From Patescibacteria group bacterium (GTDB lineage Bacteria > Patescibacteriota > UBA1384 > XYA2-FULL-43-10), in the NCBI GenBank assembly GCA_041674405.1, contig JBAYVT010000005.1, forward strand, positions 60,001 through 92,000: DNA of 32,000 nucleotides, written 5' to 3'. The notes below the pieces were generated by a model. That model was not told the origin of the DNA. It searched no databases and was given only the letters and a program-made list of their open reading frames with translations. The position numbers and the translations under genes were made by a program. Below are positions 6,971-14,940 of this stretch, in pieces; positions within the stretch are counted from its first letter, which is position 1; each line of letters begins with the position of its first letter.

Positions 6971-7756
6971 TTATTCGAACAAATTAGCTACAGACAGATC
7001 GGATAAATATTTCTCTGGATTTCTCAAAAAATCAACCCGAGACAGATCGGTAACATAATCATATGCCGGATTATCAAGATAAGGCCCAATAATTTTGGGG
7101 GCTGATTTCAGATTTTTAACCGGCAGGAGTTCTCCGTATCTTGGATTTTTGACAATTTTCTTTTCACCAAATTTATCTAAAATATAATATGCAGCTCCCT
7201 GTTTATTTTCAAATTCAGAATAATCAGAATCGAAACCATTACAAACCCAGTTTGCCATTACAAGAGTGCGATTTCCGGCGTTGATTGTGGCGTGTCCATA
7301 TCCTGGGGGTATAACGATTGAGTTTCCCTCTTCAACTTGGCAGATAATCACATCGGTCACAATGCCGTTCTCTAAATTTTGCACAAGACATGTTGCGACG
7401 CCAGACGCTACATAATATAATTCCGGATATTGAAAATTTGTACCCTGCTTGTTTGGGTGATAATGCCCTATGGTTTTTATATATTCATCTCCAATTTTGG
7501 CTGGCGGCACAACGGTAAGATCAAATCTCAAATTGGAATTTGAAATTTTCTCGGCATCAGCCATTTTTTTTACGCCTCGGTACATTAAATATGAAGAATT
7601 GTCAGAGAGTGGAACGTCCTGATTGGCAGCAACTGGGCGAAGGTCGGAAAATTTTCTCTCACTGACTTTTTCCACGTCGACAGCGGCACCAAAAGACAGC
7701 CTGCCGTTTTCTTCAAGCAGAGCAGAAAAGCCGATTTTGTCCGTAAGATTAGTCAT
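6971..7756 (-). CDS. cupin-type (archaeal-type) glucose-6-phosphate isomerase
   Basis: The blocks are collinear with the Pyrococcus-type cupin PGI as I remember it: TVVPPAKIGDEYIKTIGHYH, ELYYVASGVATCLVQ, IVIPPGYGHATINAGNRTLVMANW, IVKNPRY. Confidence 0.7.
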   Translation of the reverse strand: MTNLTDKIGFSALLEENGRLSFGAAVDVEKVSERKFSDLRPVAANQDVPLSDNSSYLMYRGVKKMADAEKISNSNLRFDLTVVPPAKIGDEYIKTIGHYHPNKQGTNFQYPELYYVASGVATCLVQNLENGIVTDVIICQVEEGNSIVIPPGYGHATINAGNRTLVMANWVCNGFDSDYSEFENKQGAAYYILDKFGEKKIVKNPRYGELLPVKNLKSAPKIIGPYLDNPAYDYVTDLSRVDFLRNPEKYLSDLSVANLFE

Positions 7757-8756
7757 TTTTAATCATGTTAATTATTTTTTCAATATCTCGAATCGATTTG
7801 ATCGAAGCTGCTTGCTTTCTCATCTCTTTTGCATTTTGGAATCCTCTAAGATAAGCCAAAAGATGTTTTCTAAATTCAATTATACCATGATCCCCTTTTG
7901 TTTCGTAAACAAGTTTTGCATGTTTCAATATTAAAGCTGTGGGTTTCAAGCTGTTAACTGCAAGCTCTGCAGAAAAGATCCATGGCTTGCCAAAAGTGGC
8001 TCGACCTATCGCTACCCCATCAAGCTTAATGCCCCCTGATTCACTCCTTTTGATGGCTTCATCGTAATTTGAAATATCACCATTGCCTATAATCGAAACT
8101 TCCTTATTTTTGATCTTTGATATTTGATCTTTGATTTGATAAATATTTTCCCACCTGGCTATGTTCTTAAAGCCATCTTTATAGGTTCGGCCGTGAATTA
8201 TGATTGCATCGGCTCCGGCTTCAGCTAATCTAGGAGCAAAATCCAATATTTCATTGTCATTTTCCCAGCCAAGACGAGTTTTTACCGAAAGAGGAATTGA
8301 TATTTCCGCCCTAACTGCGCGGACGATTTCGCAAGCCAAATCAGGATTCTTAAGAAGCGCTGCGCCGTGATCCGATCCGATAACTTTGCGCGCCGGGCAG
8401 CCCATATTGATATCAATTCCGTCCGGCTTCAAATTTTCCACCACCCATTTGGCGGCATAAGCAAATTTTTCGGGATATTTTCCAAAAAGCTGAACTACTA
8501 TCGGCCTCTCGTCGTCGTAGAACGAAAGTAATTCGGCTGTAGAATGATTCTTGCCTTCGACTTTATGGACTTTACCGACTTTATGGACTTTGAACTTGCC
8601 GTAGGCAATCGCATCTGCAGAAACCAATTCTGTCATCACGACATCGGCACCATATCCTTTGCACAGAATTCTAAATGCTGAGTCGGTATATCCGGCCATG
8701 GGAGACAATACCAAAAGCGGATTATGGGGATTTTTTCGAGTCCAAATATTATTCAT
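7749..8756 (-). CDS. dus: tRNA-dihydrouridine synthase
   Basis: Diagnostic motifs are LSPMAGYTDSAFRILCKGYGADVVMTELVSA, DINMGCPARKV and IIHGRTYKDGF. Its stop overlaps the PGI start by 8 nt. Confidence 0.85.
   Translation of the reverse strand: MNNIWTRKNPHNPLLVLSPMAGYTDSAFRILCKGYGADVVMTELVSADAIAYGKFKVHKVGKVHKVEGKNHSTAELLSFYDDERPIVVQLFGKYPEKFAYAAKWVVENLKPDGIDINMGCPARKVIGSDHGAALLKNPDLACEIVRAVRAEISIPLSVKTRLGWENDNEILDFAPRLAEAGADAIIIHGRTYKDGFKNIARWENIYQIKDQISKIKNKEVSIIGNGDISNYDEAIKRSESGGIKLDGVAIGRATFGKPWIFSAELAVNSLKPTALILKHAKLVYETKGDHGIIEFRKHLLAYLRGFQNAKEMRKQAASIKSIRDIEKIINMIKND
8558..8593. repeat. in-frame 18-bp tandem duplication inside dus
   Basis: The sequence cgactttatggactttac is followed directly by cgactttatggactttga (16 of 18 identical). 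Together they encode KVHKVG/KVHKVE. Confidence 0.85.
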
Positions 8757-8757
8757 T

Positions 8758-10140
8758 TTATTTCTTAGTTACCTTACTACCGCCAGCCGTATCTTCAACT
8801 TTGTAACCAAGCTTGTCAATTTCATCGCGCAAATCGTCGGATTTGGCCCAGTCCTTTTCCGCTCGTGCTTTTTCCCTCTCTCTGACTAGATTTTTGACCT
8901 CTTCGGGAATATCTATCTCGGCCTTTTCCCCTAGATTAAGACCAAGAATTTTGTCCATCTCAAGTAACGTTAAATATTTTTCACCGGCCTCAAGGCTTAC
9001 ATTGCGAATCATTTCCCAAACTACTGCCAATGCCTCCGGCATATTCAAATCATTAGCAATTTTCTCTTTGAACCCGTTTAAATATTTAGAATTTTGGATT
9101 TGATTGGAAATTGGAAATTGGAAATTGGAAATTCCGCGGATGATATTAAGTAAACGCTCCCTAGAATTTTTAGCCGCGGCCAGCGCTTCCCATGTGAAAT
9201 TTATCTTGCTTCGGTAATGCGCAGAGAGGCAAAGATAGCGAAAATCTAATGGGTCAAAACCGCGCTCTTCAATATCGGCAAGCTTGTAAAAATTGTTCAG
9301 GCTCTTGCTCATCTTTTTGCCATCAACTAAAAGATGCTCTCCGTGAACCCAGAAATTGGCAAACGGTTTTCCTGTTCTGGCTTCTGATTGAGCAATCTCA
9401 TTTTCGTGATGGGGGAAGATTAAATCGACGGCACCCGCATGGATATCGAGGGTATCCCCAAGTCTATCTTGCGACATAGCAGAACACTCAATATGCCAGC
9501 CCGGGCGCCCCTTGCCAAGTTCTGTTCCTGCCCCGAGCCATGTCGAAGGGTCCCAAAATATCTCTCCATCCGCTTTGTCCCAGGCTTTCCAAAGCACAAA
9601 ATCAGCTGGGTTTTCTTTATCGTACTCATCTTGTTTGACGCGGGCACCGGCCCTTAGGCCTTCCTTGTCAAGATGTGAAAGTTTTCCATAATCTGTAAAT
9701 TTTGAAATTGAAAAATAGATCGATCCATCATCGGCCTTGTAGGCAAACCCTTTTTCCAAAAGCTCCGAAATAAACTTAACCATTTGCGGGATATATTCGG
9801 TGGCACGAGTAACCGTGTCGGGCTTTTCAATATTTAGTTTAGAAAGATCGTAAAAAAATAATTCTTCATATTTGCGCCCGAGTTTTTTAAGCTCATCCTT
9901 CTTGCCACCGCTGTTTTTTATAGTTTTATCGTCAACATCAGTGATATTCATTATATGATTTACTTCATAGTCGACAAAAGACAGAACTCTTTTTAAAACA
10001 TCCTCAAAAATATAAGTACGCAAATTTCCAATGTGTGCATAATCATAAACTGTCGGCCCGCAAGTATATAGCCCGACCTTTTTATCGTTAATTGGCTCAA
10101 ACTCTTCAATTTTCCGTGATAGAGTGTTAAATAATTTCAT
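8758..10140 (-). CDS. cysS: cysteinyl-tRNA synthetase
   Basis: It carries the HIGN class-I motif ([10 protein letters not shown]), [12 protein letters not shown] and KMSKS. Confidence 0.95.
   Translation of the reverse strand: MKLFNTLSRKIEEFEPINDKKVGLYTCGPTVYDYAHIGNLRTYIFEDVLKRVLSFVDYEVNHIMNITDVDDKTIKNSGGKKDELKKLGRKYEELFFYDLSKLNIEKPDTVTRATEYIPQMVKFISELLEKGFAYKADDGSIYFSISKFTDYGKLSHLDKEGLRAGARVKQDEYDKENPADFVLWKAWDKADGEIFWDPSTWLGAGTELGKGRPGWHIECSAMSQDRLGDTLDIHAGAVDLIFPHHENEIAQSEARTGKPFANFWVHGEHLLVDGKKMSKSLNNFYKLADIEERGFDPLDFRYLCLSAHYRSKINFTWEALAAAKNSRERLLNIIRGISNFQFPISNQIQNSKYLNGFKEKIANDLNMPEALAVVWEMIRNVSLEAGEKYLTLLEMDKILGLNLGEKAEIDIPEEVKNLVREREKARAEKDWAKSDDLRDEIDKLGYKVEDTAGGSKVTKK
9104..9133. 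repeat. heptanucleotide microsatellite (ttggaaa x4 plus a partial unit) inside cysS
   Basis: Read directly from the sequence: ttggaaa at 9104-9110, 9111-9117, 9118-9124 and 9125-9131, followed by tt. It encodes [10 protein letters not shown]. Confidence 0.9.
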
Positions 10141-10197
10141 ATTTTTATCCTAATAAGACAATACAAGATCAGCTATCCTTTTTCAATTGACTAAACT

Positions 10198-10228
10198 AAA
10201 AAATCCCTCGATTTCTCTCGGGATTTTA
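10198..10228 (-). terminator. terminator-like hairpin after the Zn-ribbon ORF
   Basis: The stem aaaatccc (10200-10207) pairs with gggatttt (10220-10227) around a 12-nt loop. A U-run follows on the minus strand. Confidence 0.4.
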
Positions 10229-10236
10229 TTTCCAGG

Positions 10237-10458
10237 CTAAAATTCATCGTCAGCTGCGCCTTGCATCCTTTCAAGCGGTATTTCTTCTTCTGCAAGATCC
10301 ATCGGCTCAAATTCTTCACCAGGATAATCATTCTCTTTTCGGGTATCATCATCAGTGTCGCCGATATTGACCATACTACCGCCACAGGGGCATTTCTCTT
10401 CACCCGGATCATCTAGTGTAGAGTGTCCGCATTCTTCGCAGACCCATTCATTTGGCAT
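10237..10458 (-). CDS. small acidic zinc-ribbon protein (hypothetical)
   Basis: The 73-aa ORF has CEEC...CPC spacing typical of a 4-Cys ribbon, followed by a strongly acidic tail. A GAGGGAAG Shine-Dalgarno lies directly before the ATG. Confidence 0.5.
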   Translation of the reverse strand: MPNEWVCEECGHSTLDDPGEEKCPCGGSMVNIGDTDDDTRKENDYPGEEFEPMDLAEEEIPLERMQGAADDEF

Positions 10459-10569
10459 CTTCCCTCTTTGTTTTAATTTTATACTTTTCAGATTTTATAT
10501 GTCAGAATTTCCAATGTCAATGAACAACAATTATCCTCTCTGGCAGCAGAATTTATGAGTTATCAACAG

Positions 10570-11172
10570 CTACATGTAATCTTTTCTGCCTTCCAGTGAA
10601 CGCTTCAGCGTAACTTCATCGGCATACTCAAGATCACCGCCAACTGGCAAACCTCTAGCAATCCGGGTAATTTCTATACTGCTGTTTTTAGTTTTTACCT
10701 TGTCTTTAATATACGCAGCGGTGGCTTCTCCCTCCAGGTCCGGATTAGTTGCAAGAATTATTTCGTCAAATTTCTCATTGTCCAATCTTTTCAAAAGTTC
10801 AGAAATTCTTAGTTCTTCCGGGCCAATTCCATCAATCGGGGAGATGGATCCACCAAGAACATGATAGATGCCATTAAATCCACCGGACTTTTCGAGAGCA
10901 ATTACATCAAGCGGTTCTTCTACGACAGCCAAGACCGATTTGTTTCTTTTATCATCAATGCATATTTTGCATATATTTTCTTCCGAAAAATTGAAACATT
11001 TTTCACACTTTTTCATACCATCAGAAATGCCTAGCACAGCATCACCAAGTGATTTAATATCTGTTTCGGGCTTAGTCAAAAGATAAAAAGTAAGCCTTGC
11101 AGCCGTTTTTGGCCCAACACCTGGTAGCTTTGAAAATTGATCTATTAGATTCTGAATTGATTTAGGAAGCAT
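10570..11172 (-). CDS. recR: recombination protein RecR
   Basis: It has the helix-hairpin-helix motif KLPGVGPKTAARL, a C4 zinc finger (CEKC...CKIC) and a Toprim region. Confidence 0.95.
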   Translation of the reverse strand: MLPKSIQNLIDQFSKLPGVGPKTAARLTFYLLTKPETDIKSLGDAVLGISDGMKKCEKCFNFSEENICKICIDDKRNKSVLAVVEEPLDVIALEKSGGFNGIYHVLGGSISPIDGIGPEELRISELLKRLDNEKFDEIILATNPDLEGEATAAYIKDKVKTKNSSIEITRIARGLPVGGDLEYADEVTLKRSLEGRKDYM

Positions 11173-11245
11173 TGAACGAACAAATTAATAATTAATAAAT
11201 ATTTAGGATTTTATTATTTTTCAATTTAATTTTGACTTTTAAGTT

Positions 11246-13402
11246 CTAACTTTTGGCTTCTTTTACCGGTTCATCCCAGGTAGCATATTTACATGAAGGA
11301 TAACGCGAACATCCCCAAAATCTTCTGCCTTTTTTGGTTCGGCGCTCGATTACGTCTCCCTCACCACATTCCGGGCATTTTATTCCGGTTGGGGTGATGA
11401 TTGTCTTGGTATTTTTACACTTTGGATAATTTTCGCAGGCAAGAAATTTTCCAAATCTACCCTCTTTCAACAGCATTTTTCCACCACATTTTTCGCATTT
11501 TTCACCTTCTGCCTCAGACAATTTTTCAGTCTCGCCGTTTTCGGTTATAACTTCAGATTTTTTATCTGCCTTGGTTTCCAATGGGCGGGAATATTTACAT
11601 TCCGGATAACCACTGCATGCAACAAATTTGCCATATCTGCCAGGCCTAATAAGCAGGATTTTTCCACATTCGGGACATTTCTCCTTAAGCTCTTCAATTT
11701 TTACAAAATCTTGTTTTTCAAGCTCTTTACCTTTTATTTCAAGTTCGGCCTCGAATGGTTTATAGAATTCGTCAATTACTAATTGCCACTTAATTTTTCC
11801 TTCTGCAACATCATCAAGCTCGTCTTCCATTTTAGCTGTAAATTTATAATCCACTACTTCCGGAAAATGTTCTACTAAAAGATCGTTGACAATTTCACCA
11901 ATTTCTTCAGGCTTGAACCTTCGCTCATCAAGCCTTGCATAACCACGATCGACAATCGTTGACATTGTTGGTGCATATGTTGACGGACGGCCAATCCCTA
12001 AACTTTCCAATTTCTTGACCAATGTCGCTTCCGTATACCTCTTTGGGGGTTCAGTAAATTTCTGATCGGCCAAAAGCTCATGAAAATCCAGATTTTCTTC
12101 CTTTTTTAGCTCCGGAATCGTAATTGCTTCTTCCTCAGATTCGTCATCCTTGCCCTCAGTATATACTTTAATAAAGCCGTCAAATTTTATGCTTTCTCCG
12201 CGGGCCAGAAAAACCGGCTTACTTGAAATATTGGCTTCGATTTTTGCCTCGATTATCTTAATAACCGCTTCCCGCATTTGCGAAGCAACCGTTCTCTTCC
12301 AAATAAGGTCATAGAGGCGCTGCTCTCGGGCATCATAAGAAGCCTCACGCTTGGCAAAATCAGTCGGACGAATCGCCTCATGCGCTTCCTGTGCATGTTT
12401 TGATTTGGTTTGATATGCCCTGACACCTTCCGGCAAATATTTTTCGCCGTATTCTTTTAAAATTGTGCTTCTAATCGCAGAGAGTGCATCTGCAGACAAA
12501 TTCGTCGAATCTGTTCGCATATAAGTGATATGGCCTTCTTCATACAATTTCTGGGCTACGGCCATCGTTTGTTTAGCTGAAAACCCAAGCTTTCTCGATG
12601 CTTCCATTTGCAAGGTCGAGGTTGTAAATGGTGCAGATGGATTGCGCAATGACTCACTTTCGGTTACATCCAAAACTTGATAATTTGCTTCATGCAATTT
12701 TTTCTTAATGTTGTCGGCTTCTTTTTTCGTCTTGATATCCATTTTTTTCACTGGCTTGCCGCCATCTTCAATAAGAGTTGCTTTGAATTTTAATTCATCG
12801 CCCTTTTTTGACAGCAAAACAGCAATAACCCAAAATTCCTCCGGCTTGAAATTTTTGATCTCGCGTTCTCGCTCTACCACAAGTCGAACCGCAACCGATT
12901 GAACGCGGCCAGCAGACAAGCCGGATTTAACCTTTTTCCACAAAAGCGGAGAAAGTTTGTATCCGACTAAACGATCAAGAATTCGCCTGCCCTGCTGGGA
13001 ATCCACCAGGTTCATATCAAGTTTTCGAGGGTTTTTGATTGCTTTCTCGATCGCCGATTTGGTTATTTCTGCGAATGTAATTCTTTTAACTTTCGGGTCA
13101 TCGCCTTTTATTTTAAGGGCTTCTAGTATATGCCAAGAAATCGCCTCGCCTTCTCGGTCCAAGTCGGTTGCAAGATAGATTTCTTTCGCCTTTGCTTCAG
13201 AGGTTTTAATTTCAGAAATAATTTTTTTAGATTTTGGAGGAATAACATATTTGGGTTCGTAGTTTAATTTTGTATTCACACCAAGTTCGCTTACAGGCAA
13301 ATCTCTGACATGGCCAAAAGATGCCAGGATTTTATAATCCTTGCCCAAATATTTTCCAATTGTTTTGACTTTTGCTGGAGACTCAACGATCACAAGGTTC
13401 AT
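11246..13402 (-). CDS. topA: DNA topoisomerase I
   Basis: It begins with a Toprim domain (LVIVESPAKVKTIGKYLG) and contains the active-site region ITYMRTDS. Several C-terminal CxxC...CxxC zinc ribbons follow. Confidence 0.95.
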   Translation of the reverse strand: MNLVIVESPAKVKTIGKYLGKDYKILASFGHVRDLPVSELGVNTKLNYEPKYVIPPKSKKIISEIKTSEAKAKEIYLATDLDREGEAISWHILEALKIKGDDPKVKRITFAEITKSAIEKAIKNPRKLDMNLVDSQQGRRILDRLVGYKLSPLLWKKVKSGLSAGRVQSVAVRLVVEREREIKNFKPEEFWVIAVLLSKKGDELKFKATLIEDGGKPVKKMDIKTKKEADNIKKKLHEANYQVLDVTESESLRNPSAPFTTSTLQMEASRKLGFSAKQTMAVAQKLYEEGHITYMRTDSTNLSADALSAIRSTILKEYGEKYLPEGVRAYQTKSKHAQEAHEAIRPTDFAKREASYDAREQRLYDLIWKRTVASQMREAVIKIIEAKIEANISSKPVFLARGESIKFDGFIKVYTEGKDDESEEEAITIPELKKEENLDFHELLADQKFTEPPKRYTEATLVKKLESLGIGRPSTYAPTMSTIVDRGYARLDERRFKPEEIGEIVNDLLVEHFPEVVDYKFTAKMEDELDDVAEGKIKWQLVIDEFYKPFEAELEIKGKELEKQDFVKIEELKEKCPECGKILLIRPGRYGKFVACSGYPECKYSRPLETKADKKSEVITENGETEKLSEAEGEKCEKCGGKMLLKEGRFGKFLACENYPKCKNTKTIITPTGIKCPECGEGDVIERRTKKGRRFWGCSRYPSCKYATWDEPVKEAKS

Positions 13403-13424
13403 TGTACGTTCCTTTGGTTTTTAG

Positions 13425-13448
13425 CCCCTAAGGGGACCCCTTTGGGGT
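13425..13448 (-). promoter_or_regulatory. alternating C4/G4 hairpin element between dprA and topA
   Basis: The sequence is cccc-taa-gggg-a-cccc-ttt-gggg. It can form two adjacent 4-5 bp hairpins or one alternative central pairing. It shares the core ccctaaggggac with the hairpin at 25478-25499. Confidence 0.35.
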
Positions 13449-13455
13449 TATTTTA

Positions 13456-14532
13456 TTAGATTTTCTTCCTGTATCTTCCACCCACATTCTCAATTAAACC
13501 TTTCATTTCCATTATTGTCAAAAGAGAATTTAGCTCGATGACATTTATTTTGCTTGACACAAGAATTAAGTCAGCTGGCATATCTTCGCTACCGATAATT
13601 TCCAGAATTGACAACTCTTTGTCATTTGCAGGAGAAATCTCTTTGATTTTATCTACAAATTTTATTTTTTCAATATTTAGTTCACCCAAAATATCGTCGA
13701 TAGACTGGACTAACTTAGCCCCTTTTTGAATCAAAAGATTGCACCCTCTTGATGTTTCCGATGTAATCGGCCCCGGAACTGCAAAAATCTCCCGATCATA
13801 TTCAAGACCAGCTTCAGCTGTGATCAGGGCACCCGAAATTTCCGCCGCCTCCACCACCAGAATTCCTTTTGACAGCCCCGCAATTATGCGATTGCGTGCT
13901 GGAAAATTTTGTTTAAATGCTTCGGTTCCCGGAGGATACTCAGAGACAATTGCCCCGCCCTTTTTAATAATTTCATAAGCCAGCCCTTGGTTTGCGACTG
14001 GATAAATTCTATCAAGACCACATCCCAATACACCAATTGTAATTCCATCAGCATCGAGCGCGCCTTTATGCGCGACGGCATCGATTCCTAAGGCAAGACC
14101 AGAAATAATGCCAAGCCCATTTTCCGCACACTCTTTACTAAGCCTGTATGCAACGTTTTGGCCGTATGAGGAAAATTTACGGCTGCCCACTATTGAAATT
14201 GCCGGAACATTAAAAGCATTGATATCACCTTTTATATACAAAATTATTGGTGCGTCATAAATCTCTCTTAAAATATCGGGGTACCTCTTGTCAAAAAAAG
14301 TAAGATAACCGATTCCAAGTTTTCTCAATTTTTTTACTTCCTCGTCGGGATCAAATTGATTTTTCGCCTCCATAAACATATCCTGAAACTTTTCACCATA
14401 TATTTTTTTTAACTCCCTGCCATCAGATTTCCATAGTTTTTCGGCATCATCGCAAAAAGCAGCAAGCATTTTTTTAATAGTCTGCGAACCAATTTTAGGA
14501 TGTGAATTTAGAGCTAATAAATATTTAGACAT
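13456..14532 (-). CDS. dprA: DNA processing protein DprA (Smf)
   Basis: The Rossmann-like core carries IVGSRKFSSYGQ, GLALGIDAVAHKGAL and FPARNRIIAGLS. Confidence 0.9.
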   Translation of the reverse strand: MSKYLLALNSHPKIGSQTIKKMLAAFCDDAEKLWKSDGRELKKIYGEKFQDMFMEAKNQFDPDEEVKKLRKLGIGYLTFFDKRYPDILREIYDAPIILYIKGDINAFNVPAISIVGSRKFSSYGQNVAYRLSKECAENGLGIISGLALGIDAVAHKGALDADGITIGVLGCGLDRIYPVANQGLAYEIIKKGGAIVSEYPPGTEAFKQNFPARNRIIAGLSKGILVVEAAEISGALITAEAGLEYDREIFAVPGPITSETSRGCNLLIQKGAKLVQSIDDILGELNIEKIKFVDKIKEISPANDKELSILEIIGSEDMPADLILVSSKINVIELNSLLTIMEMKGLIENVGGRYRKKI

Positions 14533-14554
14533 TTAAGTATGTTATAAGTATAAT
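14526..14554 (+). promoter_or_regulatory. sigma70-like promoter for the lone plus-strand ORF
   Basis: TAGACA (14526-14531), a 17-nt spacer, then TATAAT (14549-14554), 30 nt upstream of the ATG at 14585. An AGGAG Shine-Dalgarno lies at 14575-14579. Confidence 0.35.
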
Positions 14555-14584
14555 TGAACAGACATTAATTATCCAGGAGTATTT

Positions 14585-14935
14585 ATGGGAGAAACAAGAC
14601 AACCTTTTGATCCCAATTATCCAAGGGGTCATCTCTTTTCCGAAGACAAAGATTGGAAAGATATTCAACCCGATGAACCGTTAGCAGAAACTGATAAACC
14701 TCAATCAGTAGATCATTCCAATGATATTCCTCTGCCCGGGCTCGAACCTGATTCCCCGGATGTACCAGGCGAATCAATTTCAATTCCACGATATTCGGAA
14801 GATGATGAAAAATCAAAACCACTTACAGAGGACCAAATAGCTAAACTTAGCGACAAAGATCGCAAGCTGTATGACAGCATTGGCTGGCCAGGGACAGATC
14901 AATACGACCAATATCAAAGACGAAGGTTTCTCTAG
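14585..14935 (+). CDS. hypothetical acidic, Pro-rich, probably disordered protein
   Basis: The 116-aa ORF has an ATG start, an AGGAG Shine-Dalgarno 5 nt upstream and a candidate promoter. It is the only well-supported plus-strand gene. I recognise no family. Confidence 0.5.
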   Translation: MGETRQPFDPNYPRGHLFSEDKDWKDIQPDEPLAETDKPQSVDHSNDIPLPGLEPDSPDVPGESISIPRYSEDDEKSKPLTEDQIAKLSDKDRKLYDSIGWPGTDQYDQYQRRRFL

Positions 14936-14940
14936 TAGTA

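Noticed and set aside
10191-10412. A 73-aa minus-strand ORF overlapping the Zn-ribbon ORF in another frame.
   Set aside because: It would run through the terminator-like hairpin and lacks a Shine-Dalgarno. The Zn-ribbon frame has a Cys motif and a good Shine-Dalgarno.
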